DNA from: a bacterium
Lineage (GTDB): Bacteria > Krumholzibacteriota > Krumholzibacteriia > LZORAL124-64-63
Reading direction: 5' to 3'
Length of the DNA stretch: 64,000 nt
Assembly (NCBI GenBank): GCA_016706845.1
Contig: JADJIV010000004.1
Span: 47,727 to 111,726, forward strand
Shown piece by piece: positions 26,433 to 36,487 of this stretch (positions are counted from its first letter, which is position 1; the number at the start of each line of letters is the position of its first letter). The translations under genes were made by a program, and so were the position numbers. The notes beneath the pieces were generated by a model. That model saw only the letters and a list, made by a program, of their open reading frames with translations, was not told where the DNA came from and ran no database searches.

Positions 26433-28008
26433 TCAGGGCGCCAGGAGGGACCGGCCGGTCATGGCGGCCGGCCGGGGCAGCCCGAGAAGGTCGAGCATGG
26501 TCGGGGCGATGTCCCTCAGGCCGGCGTCGTTCCGCACCGTCAGGGCGTCGTCCCGGCCGGCGAACTCCCGGCCGACCACCACGAAGGGCACGTCGTTCAG
26601 GGTGTGGTTGGTCAGGACGCGCCCGTCCGGGGCGATCATCTCCTCGCAGTTGCCGTGGTCGGCGGTCAGCAGCAAAACGCCGTCGCGTTCCAGCACCGCG
26701 GGCACGATCCTCGCGAGCAGCCCGTCCAGCGTCCGCACCGCCGCGATCGCCGCCTCCAGCACGCCGGTGTGGCCCACCATGTCGCCGTTGGCGAAGTTCA
26801 CCACGATCACTTCGTGCCGGCCGGCCGCCAGCGCGTCCAGGACGATCGCGGCGACTTCCGGCGCGCTCATCCCGGGCTGCAGGTCGTAGGTGGCGACCTT
26901 CGGCGAGGGCACCAGGCGGCGGTCCTCGCCCGCGAAGGGCTCCTCGCGCCCGCCGTTGAAGAAGTAGGTCACGTGGGCGTACTTCTCGGTCTCGGCGGTG
27001 CGCAGGTTGGTCACCCCGTGCGCGGCGAAGACGTCGGCCAGCAGGTCGCGGGGCGCCTCGGGATCGAAGACGACCGGCAGGCCCAGGCTCTCGTCGTAGA
27101 CCGTCATGCAGAGGTAGTCCACGACGGGGCGCAACGGCCGCGGGAAACCGTCGAAGCCGTCCACGTTGAACGCCCAGGTCAGCTCGCGGGCCCGGTCGGA
27201 GCGGAAATTCCAGAAGAAGACGGCGTCGCCGTCGCGGACCGTCGCCAGCGGGGCGCCGCCGCCGTCCACGATCACGGTCGGCAGCACGAACTCGTCGGTG
27301 ACCCCCGCCTCGTAGGAACGGCGGATCGCCGACGCGGCGTCGGGCGACGTCTCCCCCTCGCCGTGGACCATGGCCCGCCAGGCCTTCTCGACGCGGTCCC
27401 AGCGCTTGTCGCGGTCCATGCCGTAGTAGCGGCCGCCGACGGTCGCGATCTTGCCGGCGCCGATGCCGGCCAGTGCGGCCTCCAGGTCCTGCACATACTG
27501 CAAGCCGCCGTGGGGATCGGTGTCGCGCCCGTCCAGGAAGGCGTGGACGTAGATCTTCGGCCACGCCCTGGCGGGCCGCGATCCGCACGATCTCCACGAG
27601 GTGGTCGACGTGGGAGTGGACGCCGCCGTCGGAGACCAGGCCCGGCAGGTGCAGCCGCCCTCCGCGCTCCTTGAGCCCCGCGACGAGGCGCCGCCAGGCG
27701 GGGTGCTCGGCGAAGGCGCCGCTCGCGAGGCTGCGCGTCACCAGATTGAGGTCCTGGTCGATGACGCGGCCCGAGCCGATCGTCAGGTGCCCCACTTCGC
27801 TGTTGCCCATCTGGCCCGCGGGCAGCCCGACCTCGAGCCCGTGGCAGTGCAGGGTCGTGTGCGGGTAGCGGGCCAGCAGGCTCTCGTAGAACACCGGCTC
27901 GGCCAGCGCGATGGCGTTGCCGTGCTCGGAGCCCGGCCCGCGGCGCCAGCCGAAGCCGTCCAGGATGCACAGGACCAGCGGGGTATGGGGGCGGCGGCGG
28001 TCGGTCAT
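26433..28008 (-). CDS. gpmI: 2,3-bisphosphoglycerate-independent phosphoglycerate mutase; one extra base near 27560
   Basis: LCILDGFG, GQMGNSEVGHLTIGSGR, SDGGVHSH, then in the shifted frame HAFLDGRDT, GRYYGMDRDKRW, AETEKYAHVTYFFNGG, TADHGNCE. Confidence 0.9.
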
Positions 28009-28265
28009 CGGTACTCCTCGACGGTGTGGTCGGTGGTCGCGTCCAGGCGCCCGAGCGCACCGGTGGGCAGCTGCCAGAGTTCGGCCTCGCCCAGGGCCAT
28101 GAGCACACAGGCGCCCAGTGCGGTCCCGTTGCGCCCGGCGGCCGTCGGCGCGTGGATCGTGAAGCAGAAGCCGGCCTGCAGGATCGCGCGGCAGACCTCC
28201 CGCCCATCCGGCAGGAACTCCGACAGGCGGATCCGCCCGTGACGGACCACGAAATCCCCCGGCAC
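28005..28265 (-). CDS. Hypothetical protein upstream of gpmI (may extend further 5')
   Basis: Stop overlaps the gpmI ATG (ATGA coupling); no recognisable motif. Confidence 0.4.
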   Translation of the reverse strand: MPGDFVVRHGRIRLSEFLPDGREVCRAILQAGFCFTIHAPTAAGRNGTALGACVLMALGEAELWQLPTGALGRLDATTDHTVEEYR

Positions 28266-28507
28266 AGCCGGGTGGTGGATCTGGTCCGGCGCCAGGCGAA
28301 GCCGGGCCGACCGCTCGCCCTCCCAGGCAGGGCCAGGGCGCCCGGGCGTCTGACGAACAGGCGCGCGCTCGCGGAGCAGTTCCAGGGGGCGCTTCGGCGT
28401 CGCGGTCGCACCTCGCGCCGTGCAGGTCGTCGTCGTTCGGCTCGGGTCGCCAGGTCAGCGGCAGGACGTTAACACGGCCCCCGCTCAGCGCCACGACCGC
28501 GCCATCC

Positions 28508-28536
28508 TTGACACGTCCCGACGCCGGGCCTATGGT
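28508..28536 (+). promoter_or_regulatory. Sigma70 promoter of the thiamine operon
   Basis: TTGACA-N17-TATGGT, immediately before the riboswitch. Confidence 0.75.
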
Positions 28537-28547
28537 GGTCGGGTCAA

Positions 28548-28622
28548 CCGTTAGGGGTGGCCTTCGAGGCCTGAGAGAGACCCTTGGAACCTGACCCGGG
28601 TCATGCCGGCGTAGGGAAACGG
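28548..28622 (+). promoter_or_regulatory. TPP (THI-box) riboswitch aptamer
   Basis: AGGGGT..CTGAGA..ACCCTTGGAACCTGA.CCGGG.CATGCCGGCGTAGGGAA; P1 ccgtt/aacgg; thiamine-related genes downstream. Confidence 0.92.
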
Positions 28623-28645
28623 GAATCTGCAACGACCGCCATGCG

Positions 28646-28678
28646 GCCGGCCCCCTCGACGGAGCCGGCGTTTGTTTG
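28646..28678 (+). terminator. Possible riboswitch attenuator hairpin
   Basis: gccggc..gccggc stem followed by gtttgttt, between aptamer and RBS. Confidence 0.4.
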
Positions 28679-28717
28679 ATAGCCGCCGGTTCCACGACCC
28701 TTCAGGGAGGAACCACC

Positions 28718-30991
28718 ATGGCACGCTTCCCCAACGCGGCCGGCCCCGGCGCCGCGGTTCTCGCCTGCCTCCTGATCGCCTCCGCGGCCCCGGCGGCCGA
28801 GCCCGGCGCCGCGCTCGCGGACACCGTCGGCCTGGGCTGGGCCCCCGAAGTGGTCGTCACGGCCTCGCGGTACGGCGGGAATGTGCGGCTCAGCCAGCAC
28901 AACATCACGGCCGCGGAACTGCAGGACCGCCTCGGCTCCGGCGACCTGCCCCTGCTGCTCGAGGACACCCCGGGCCTGCACGCCACCTCCGACGCCGGCA
29001 ACGGCGTCGGATACACCTACCTGAACATCCGCGGCTTCGACCAGAAGCGCGTGGGCGTGATGATCAACGGCATCCCGCTGAACGACCCCGAGGACCACCA
29101 GGTGTACTGGGTGGACGTGCCCGACCTGGCCTCGTCGCTGCAGGACGTCCAGGTGCAGCGCGGCATCACCAACTCGCTGGGCGCGACCACCGCCGTCGGC
29201 GGCACCGTGAACCTCGTCACCGAGCAGCTCGGCGACGAGCCCTCCGGCCGCGTCGCCCTGCAGGGCGGCAGCTTCGGCACCCGGCGCGGTTCGGTCGCCT
29301 GGCAGTCCGGACGGATCGGCGGCGGCTTCAGCAGCGCCGCCCGCTGGTCGCGGATCGTCAGCGACGGCTTCCGCGACCGCACCGGCAGCCGTCTGTGGGG
29401 CGTGTTCTGGAGCGGGCGCTGGACCGGCGGGAACCAGTCGCTGCAGGCCAACGTCTACACGGGCCACGAGGTCAGCCGGCACGGCTGGAACGCGGCCGCC
29501 GAAGCGGACCTGCTCGTCGACCGGCGCGCCAACCCCGAGACCTACCCGCACGCCGTCGACGACTTCCGGCAGCCCCACTACGAGCTGCACCACCGCTGGG
29601 TCCTGTCCGACCGCGTGACCCTGGTGCAGGCCGCCTACCTGATCCACGGCGAGGGGTTCTACGAGAACCTGAAAGAGGGGGTGCGGGCCGGCGACTACAG
29701 CCTCGACCACTCGCTGGGCATCGGCGCCGACGACGTGGTCGACCTCGTGCGCCGCAAGATCGTGGATAAGGACCAGCTCGGCTGGGTGCCCCACCTGGAG
29801 ATCCGCCACGCCGGCGGCCGCACCATCCTGGGCGGCGACCTCTACGACTTCCACAGCGACCACCACGGCGACGTGCTGTCGGTGGCCGGCGTCGCCGACG
29901 GCCTGCAGGGCGTGGACTACTACCGCTACACCGGCGACAAGCAGGCGCAGAGCGTCTTCGTCAACACGATGTTCGAGGCGGCGCCGGGCCTGACCCTGAT
30001 CGCCGACCTGCAGCTCCAGCACAAGCAGTACGCCTTCCGGCAGGCCGCGCTGGGCAACTTCACCGGCGCGGACCGCCACGCCTACGAGGTCAGCTACGAC
30101 TGGTTCAACCCCAAGGGCGGCGTGCACTGGGAGCTGCCGTCGCGGCCGTGGGGCGGGCGCGCGACGACGTACCTCCACGTCGGCGTGACGCGCCGCGAGC
30201 CGACCGACGGCGAGCTCTACGACACCTGGTACGGGCCCGACGACCTGGGCGTCGCGCCGCTGTTCCGCACCAGCCGCGGCGTGGACGAAGACGGCGACGG
30301 GGACACCGACTACCTGCAGTGGTCCGACCCCTACGTCCGCGAGGAGAAGGCCGTCGACTGGGAGCTGGGCTGGTCGTGGCGCGGCGAGCGCCTGAGCTGG
30401 ACGCTGAACGGGTACTGGATGGACTTCACGAACGAGATCGTGCCCTACGGCGCGGTCGACGACGAGGGCGCCGCGATCCGCGGCAACGCCGAGCGCACCC
30501 TGCACCGCGGGCTGGAACTGGGCCTGACCGCGCGCCTGGCCGACCGTCACGAGCTGCGGGTGGCCGCCTCGCGCAGCTGGGACGAGTTCGACGCCTACGT
30601 CGCCACCCTGGACCCCGAGACCTGGGAGAGCGGCAGCTTCGACTACGCCGGCAACCCGATCCCCCTGTTCCCGAACCACCTCGCGAGCCTGACCCTGGCG
30701 TCGGACTTCGGCGCCCTCGACACCCGCGTGCGCCTGCGCAGCGTGGGCCGCCAGCACCTCGACGCCACGGGGCGCGGCGAGCGCACGATCGACGGCTACG
30801 CGACCCTGGACCTGGGCGCGGGCTGGGACCTGTCCGCCTTCGCGCCCGACCTGCGCGGCGCCCGCCTCTCGCTGGACGTGCGCAACCTCCTGGACGAGGC
30901 GTACGAGACCAGCGGCTACTGGTACGGCGGCCGCTGGCTGATTCCGGCCGCCGGGCGCCACTTCGAGGCGGGGGTGCGCTATGACTTCTGA
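28718..30991 (+). CDS. TonB-dependent receptor, probably for thiamine or a precursor
   Basis: GGAGG RBS; TonB box PEVVVTA; plug LNIRGFDQKRVGVMINGIPLNDPED; ends GVRYDF; directly under the TPP riboswitch. Confidence 0.92.
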   Translation: MARFPNAAGPGAAVLACLLIASAAPAAEPGAALADTVGLGWAPEVVVTASRYGGNVRLSQHNITAAELQDRLGSGDLPLLLEDTPGLHATSDAGNGVGYTYLNIRGFDQKRVGVMINGIPLNDPEDHQVYWVDVPDLASSLQDVQVQRGITNSLGATTAVGGTVNLVTEQLGDEPSGRVALQGGSFGTRRGSVAWQSGRIGGGFSSAARWSRIVSDGFRDRTGSRLWGVFWSGRWTGGNQSLQANVYTGHEVSRHGWNAAAEADLLVDRRANPETYPHAVDDFRQPHYELHHRWVLSDRVTLVQAAYLIHGEGFYENLKEGVRAGDYSLDHSLGIGADDVVDLVRRKIVDKDQLGWVPHLEIRHAGGRTILGGDLYDFHSDHHGDVLSVAGVADGLQGVDYYRYTGDKQAQSVFVNTMFEAAPGLTLIADLQLQHKQYAFRQAALGNFTGADRHAYEVSYDWFNPKGGVHWELPSRPWGGRATTYLHVGVTRREPTDGELYDTWYGPDDLGVAPLFRTSRGVDEDGDGDTDYLQWSDPYVREEKAVDWELGWSWRGERLSWTLNGYWMDFTNEIVPYGAVDDEGAAIRGNAERTLHRGLELGLTARLADRHELRVAASRSWDEFDAYVATLDPETWESGSFDYAGNPIPLFPNHLASLTLASDFGALDTRVRLRSVGRQHLDATGRGERTIDGYATLDLGAGWDLSAFAPDLRGARLSLDVRNLLDEAYETSGYWYGGRWLIPAAGRHFEAGVRYDF

Positions 30992-31693
30992 CGCGGCGCC
31001 GCCCGCCCTCGACGGGATCCTGCTGCCGAAGCGCGGCCGGCGCGCGGTCGTGCTGGCCGACGGCGAGCCTCCGCCGCCGCGCCTGCTGGCCGCCCACCTG
31101 GCCCTGGCCGACCTCTTCCTCTGCACCGACGCCGCGGGCCGGCCCTACGCGGCGCTCCCGCGCCTGCCGGACGCGATCGTGGGCGACCTCGACACCCTGG
31201 GCGCGGGCGTGAGCGAGGTGCCGCCGGGCGTGACGGTGGCGCGCGACGCCCGGCAGGACACGACCGACGCGGAGAAGGCCCTGGCCTTCGCCTTGGACGA
31301 CGGCTGCCGCGAGGCCGTGCTGCTGGGCGCCGGCGGCGGCCTGCTCGACCACGCCCTGCACAACGCGCTGCTGCCGGAGCGCTGGGCCGGGCGGCTGCGC
31401 CTGCTGCTGGCGGACGCCGGGACGGCGGCGCTGCGGGTCGGCGCGGGCGAATCGTGCACCTGGGACCTGCCCCGGGGGACCACGTTCTCGCTGCTGCCGC
31501 TGCCGGGCGGCGCGCGCGGCGTCGCGTGCGACGGCGTCCGCTACCCGCTGCGGGACGCCGCGGTGGACGGGCGCGGTCCGGCCACCGTCTCCAACGAGGT
31601 CGCCGGGGGCCCGTGCGGCTGACGGTCACCGCGGGCTCATTGCTGGTGGTCGTGCGGCGCGCCGGCTTCCGCGGGGATGCCGCGTCGCCATGA
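30981..31693 (+). CDS. thiN: Thiamine diphosphokinase; one base missing near 31610
   Basis: IVGDLDT, QDTTDAEKAL, GAGGGLLDHALHN, TFSLLP, GVRYPL, TVSNEV. The shifted frame continues VRLTVTAGSLLVVV to a stop overlapping the next ATG. Confidence 0.82.
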
Positions 31694-33066
31694 TCATCGT
31701 CGGCGTCTACCTCCTGTTCCTGGCCTACGCGGTGCTGCGGCTGTTCCGGGCGCCGGCGCGCGACGAGGCCGACTACCTGGTCGCCGGCCGCCGGCTGACC
31801 CTGCCCGCCTTCGTGGCGACCACGGTCGCGACCTGGTACGGCGGCATCCTCGGCGTCGGCGAGTACGCCTGGACCTACGGCGTCTCCAACTGGCTGGTGT
31901 TCGGACTGCCCTACTACCTCTACGCGCTGGTCTTCGCGCTGGTCCTGGCACGACGCGCGCGGCGCGGCCCGGCGCTGACCATGCCCGACCTGCTGCAGGA
32001 GCGCTACGGCACGCGCACGGCGGTGCTGGGCGCGACGGTGATCTTCGTGATGACGGTGCCGGCGGCTTATGTGCTGATGCTCGGCGTGCTGTTCGAGATG
32101 GCGACGGGCTGGCCGCTGTGGCTCGGCGTCGCGCTGGGGACGGCGCTGTCGGTGGGCTACGTGATGCGCGGGGGCCTGCGCGCGGTGGTGGGCACCGACA
32201 TCGTGCAGTTCGTCCTGATGTTCCTGGGCTTCCTGGTGCTCGTGCCGGTCTGCGTCGCGAAGTTCGGGGGCTGGGACTTCCTGCGCGACGCCCTGCCGCC
32301 GCAGCATCTGACCTGGCACGGCGGCCGCGGCTTCCAGGCCGTCGCGGTCTGGTACGTGATCGCGGCCTCGACCGCTGGTCGAGCCGGCCTTCTACCAGCG
32401 CTGCAGCGCCGCGCGCGACGAGCGCACGGCCCGGCGCGGCCTGCTCGTCTCGATCCTGTTCTGGGTCCTGTTCGACTTCCTGACCACCACGGCGGGCCTC
32501 TACGCGCGCGCCGTCCTGCCCGGCCTCGCGGAGCCGGTGGCCGCGTTCCCGCGGCTGGCGGCGGTCGCCCTGCCGCCGCTGCTGCAGGGCCTGTTCCTGA
32601 CGAGCCTGCTGGCGACGATCATGTCCACGGTCGATTCCTACGCCTTCATCGCCGCGATCACCGGCGGCCGCGACGTCTGGCTGCGCCTCAAAACCGGCGG
32701 CTCGCCGGCCGACGACCCCCGCGCGATGACGGCGGTGCGCGCCGGCCTGCTCGCGACCTCGGTCCTCGCCGTCGCCTTGGCCCTGTGGTCGGGATCGGTG
32801 GTCGGCCTCTGGCACCACCTCGGCAGCGTGGGCACGCCCGTGCTGCTGCTGCCGATCACCCTCGGCCACACGCGCTGGCGACCGCGCCCGGGCCGCGCCA
32901 CCGCCTCGATGCTCGCCTCCGGCGGCGTCTCCCTGGCCTGGCTGGCCCTCGGCCGCGGCGCCCCCTGGTGCGGCGTCGAACCCATCTTCCCCGGCCTGCT
33001 CGTCTCCGCCCTGGTGATGCTGCCCGGCCTCCGGCGCCAACCTCTCCTGAACGGGGGGGGGGCTAG
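31690..33066 (+). CDS. Sodium:solute symporter family transporter; indels near 32372 and in the G10 run at 33053-33062
   Basis: DYLVAGRRL, ATWYGG, TMPDLLQERYG, GGLRAVVGTDIVQF; after the shift, VEPAFYQRCSAA and LLATIMSTVDS. Confidence 0.85.
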   Translation: MIIVGVYLLFLAYAVLRLFRAPARDEADYLVAGRRLTLPAFVATTVATWYGGILGVGEYAWTYGVSNWLVFGLPYYLYALVFALVLARRARRGPALTMPDLLQERYGTRTAVLGATVIFVMTVPAAYVLMLGVLFEMATGWPLWLGVALGTALSVGYVMRGGLRAVVGTDIVQFVLMFLGFLVLVPVCVAKFGGWDFLRDALPPQHLTWHGGRGFQAVAVWYVIAASTAGRAGLLPALQRRARRAHGPARPARLDPVLGPVRLPDHHGGPLRARRPARPRGAGGRVPAAGGGRPAAAAAGPVPDEPAGDDHVHGRFLRLHRRDHRRPRRLAAPQNRRLAGRRPPRDDGGARRPARDLGPRRRLGPVVGIGGRPLAPPRQRGHARAAAADHPRPHALATAPGPRHRLDARLRRRLPGLAGPRPRRPLVRRRTHLPRPARLRPGDAARPPAPTSPERGGG

Positions 33067-33891
33067 AACAGCTTGTAGGTCACGCCGAACCCGAAGATCT
33101 CCCGCCACCGCCCGCGGTCGGAGATCTCGCGGTCGTAGAGCCACTCCAGGAACAGCGTGGTCTGGATGTACTTGGAGACCTGCGCCGAGAACTTCGTCTC
33201 CAGGGCGGCGTCGGTGCCCTGCCAGTCGTCGCCGTACGTCTCGTCGAGGTTGCTGGTGACGGCCTGGAAGACGCGCAGCTTCGAGACAACGTTCAGCTGG
33301 GGGTTGAAGGTGTGCGTCAGGTCCGAGACCCACTCCAGACCGGCGTCCTGGACCGTCGCGACCCGGTAGGCCGTGCGCTGGCGCACGCCGAGGCCGACGC
33401 GGGTCGTCAGGTCGGTCGTCTCGTTCTTGACGAGCTGGCGGCCGAGTCCCGCGGACTCGGTCAGCAGGGCCGGCGTCAGCGGGTGCTTGTCGGCGTCGTG
33501 GAACTGGGTCTCGGCCGCGAACGCCACGTACGGCGTGATCGGGCGCTCGACGCCGAAGCGCATCAGCGATTCGAGGAAGATGCGGTCGGTCGACTTCAGG
33601 GGCGAAGCCCAGGTCTTGCCCGCGGCGGTCTCCCGCTCCTGGTGGGTCTGGCCGTAGGTGAGCTTCAGCGTGTTCTTCCAGTTCGTGGAGGTGCTGAGGT
33701 CCTTCTGCGCCGCGACGTCGCCGCTGAAGGTCCAGACCACCGTGCCCAGTTCGCTGCCGGCCCAGGATCCGCTGTACCCGCTCTGGCTGAACATCAGCCC
33801 CAGGTCCGCCGACTTCTGCCACTCCCCGGCCGACGCGCCGGAACAGACATGCGACCAGCGCCGCCACCATCAGGGCATGTCTCGACTTCAC
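33063..33891 (-). CDS. DUF3078/DUF481-like outer-membrane beta-barrel; one extra base near 33839
   Basis: Signal peptide from GTG 33891, then EWQKSADLGLMFSQSGYSGSWAG, WKNTLKLTYGQ, KSTDRI; ends FGFGVTYKLF. Confidence 0.7.
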
Positions 33892-34092
33892 ACCGAACCT
33901 CCAGATTGCAGTTCACGAAACGACCGTCTGCCGGCGCCGATTCTAACGACGACCGCCGCACTCCGCAACCACGCTCCCGCGCCACCGGCCCCCGCGATGC
34001 AATTTCCGGCCGCGCGCGCCGGGATGTGTACTATAATTTCGCGGGAGATCCATCGCTTCAGCGAGCAGAATCGTCGGAACGGGGGGTTATTC

Positions 34093-36480
34093 ATGCATCC
34101 ATTCGCAAGGATCGGCGTCGCGGTTCTGATGCTCACGATCGCCGTCGGGCCTGCCATCGCACAGGAGTTCACGCCTGACGAGCACACGCTCCTGCTTCTG
34201 CACGGCAACGGGAACCTGCTGGGCGCGGCGGGCGAGAACCCGACCACGGCCTCGGGCATCGGCTACACGGACGGCGTGTTCGGTCAGGCCATCGATCTGC
34301 CGAACGGATCGCAACTGCGCTACGCCGCGGCGAACAACCTGGTCATGGCGGCGGGAACCGTCGAGTTCTGGCTGAAGCCGCACTGGAACGGCAACGACGG
34401 CGGGACGTACCTGATGCTGACCTGGGGGACGTGGGGCGGCCTGCTGCTGGCGAAGGACGGCGCCGACAACCTGCGGATCATGATCAACCGGTGGAGCGAC
34501 CACGGCCTGCCCGAACGCGGCGCGAGCTGCAACGTGGCCGGCGAATGGGCGGCCGAACAGTGGCACCACTGCGCGTTCACCTGGGACAGCGAATTCGTTC
34601 GCGTCTACATCGACGGCGTGAAGCGAGGCGAAGAGGGCGTGGGCTTCACGCCGCCGGCGATCGCGGCCACGCAGTTCCAGATCGGCGGCGAGGGCGTCGA
34701 CGGCACGCTCCAGGGCGCGATCGACGAATGGCGCATCAGCGACGTCGTGCGCAGCGCGGCGGAAATCGAAGCGTCGTTCCTGGCGGGCGTGGCGGTCACC
34801 GACCTGGCGGCGGCGCCGCGCACCACCAAACCGTGGGTGACCTGGCCCGTCCACGTGACGCTGACGGCCACGACGCAGGTCGGCGAGATCGAGATCCCGC
34901 AGGGCGCCGCCGTCTGGTCGACCAGCGACGCGGATGTCGTGAGCGTGCAGCCGGACGGCGAACTGCGCGCCGTGGGCGAAGGAACGGCCACGCTGACGGC
35001 GACGTACCGGGGCCAGTCGGCGACGTGCGACCTGCAGGTGCGGGCGCCGGTCCTGGCGCCGACGCACGAAGCGCTGCCGAACGACCTGTCGACGCCCGCG
35101 GACGACGCCATCTGGGAGGTGCCGGTGCTGGTCATCAGGTACTTCGCCACGGCCGACGGGGTCAACCTGGACACGTCCATCTCGCCGGACTTCTGGTGGC
35201 TGAACCCGCTGACCCTGGCCCAGCTGGATGCCGACGTGCTGGCGATGAACCGCCGCACGAAGTTCGCCCTGGAGCAGGGCAGCCGCTTCCGCGCGTACAA
35301 CGACCCGCAGGCGCGGCCGTCGCTGGGTTACCGGGTGGTGGACCAGATCACCGTGTACGAACAGACGCCGCCCGGCAAGATCGTCGGCTACGACCAGGGC
35401 GACCCGTTGTGGGAAGCGGACTGGTTCGCGATCTTCGACCGCCTCGACGTGCGCCACTACGTGGAGGACCTGGGCGTCAAGGAGATCTGGGTCTGGACGG
35501 GCGGCCTGGGGCGTTGGCCCAGCTTCGATGCGGGCCTGCACGACGTGGCCGATTTCCGCGGCGGCTGGGAATCGAACATGTCGAGCCCGCTGACGGGCGA
35601 CATCTCCAACAGCAACCGCGACCCGTCCGACCTGCCGGTCTACGACAGGACCTACGTCGTCTACGGCTACAACTTCCGCCGCAGCCAGGCCGAGGCGATC
35701 CACGACCACGGGCACCAGCTGGAATCGCAGTTCGCCTGGGTGAACGAGCAGCAGGACGGCAACACCGACCTCTTCTGGAAGCAGTGGCGCGGCCAGGACC
35801 AGGACGGCAACAAGGTGACCGGCCGCTGCGGCGACACGCACAGCCCGCCCAACACGCTGGCCGATTACGACTACGAGAACCAGGCGGTGGTCCTCAGCGA
35901 CATCGCCGACTGGACCGTCGACGGCTCGGGCGCCTTCACGCCGGTGAACGCCGACACCTGGGGATCGCTGGTGTGGCCGTGGCCCGACGGCGTCATGGAC
36001 TTCAGCCAGCGCATCGAGACGCAGTGGTACATGTACTGGATGATGAGCATGCCGGGCTTCGACAACGGCCTGGCGTACGGCGACGAGGCGCTCGGCAACT
36101 GGTGGGAGTTCATCGGCAACTGGGACCAGGCGGTCGCGGCGGGGCACGGGCTGCACGGTCCCGACAGCCTGACCGGAGCGCCGCAGACGAGCGATGAGGC
36201 GGTGTTGCCGTCGATCCGCTTCCTGCTGGCCAATCCGTCGCCGGGGACCTCGTCGTTCGAGGTGACGTCCAGCGGGCGCGGCCGGCTCGAGGTGGGCGTG
36301 TACGACGTGCGCGGCCACCTGGTGCGGCTGCTCCACCGCGGCCCCGGCAGCGCGGCGCCGATGTCGTTCACCTGGGACGCACGGGACGAGGCGGGCCGCG
36401 CCGTGGCGGCCGGCGCCTACCTGCTCCGCGTGCGCGAGGGAGCGCGGCTGGCGACGCACAAGCTGGTGATCGTCAGATAG
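34093..36480 (+). CDS. Secreted LamG-like + Ig-like (Big_2) + putative metal-binding domain protein with FlgD-like CTD
   Basis: Signal peptide; LamG (GTVEFWLKP, QWHHCAFTWD, GAIDEWRISD); Big_2 (VWSTSDADVVSV..AVGEGTATLTATY); EAIHDHGHQLE; CTD ANPSPG..VYDVRGHLVRLL..WDARDEAGRAVAAGAYLLRV..HKLVIVR. Confidence 0.85.
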   Translation: MHPFARIGVAVLMLTIAVGPAIAQEFTPDEHTLLLLHGNGNLLGAAGENPTTASGIGYTDGVFGQAIDLPNGSQLRYAAANNLVMAAGTVEFWLKPHWNGNDGGTYLMLTWGTWGGLLLAKDGADNLRIMINRWSDHGLPERGASCNVAGEWAAEQWHHCAFTWDSEFVRVYIDGVKRGEEGVGFTPPAIAATQFQIGGEGVDGTLQGAIDEWRISDVVRSAAEIEASFLAGVAVTDLAAAPRTTKPWVTWPVHVTLTATTQVGEIEIPQGAAVWSTSDADVVSVQPDGELRAVGEGTATLTATYRGQSATCDLQVRAPVLAPTHEALPNDLSTPADDAIWEVPVLVIRYFATADGVNLDTSISPDFWWLNPLTLAQLDADVLAMNRRTKFALEQGSRFRAYNDPQARPSLGYRVVDQITVYEQTPPGKIVGYDQGDPLWEADWFAIFDRLDVRHYVEDLGVKEIWVWTGGLGRWPSFDAGLHDVADFRGGWESNMSSPLTGDISNSNRDPSDLPVYDRTYVVYGYNFRRSQAEAIHDHGHQLESQFAWVNEQQDGNTDLFWKQWRGQDQDGNKVTGRCGDTHSPPNTLADYDYENQAVVLSDIADWTVDGSGAFTPVNADTWGSLVWPWPDGVMDFSQRIETQWYMYWMMSMPGFDNGLAYGDEALGNWWEFIGNWDQAVAAGHGLHGPDSLTGAPQTSDEAVLPSIRFLLANPSPGTSSFEVTSSGRGRLEVGVYDVRGHLVRLLHRGPGSAAPMSFTWDARDEAGRAVAAGAYLLRVREGARLATHKLVIVR

Positions 36481-36487
36481 GGCGAGG

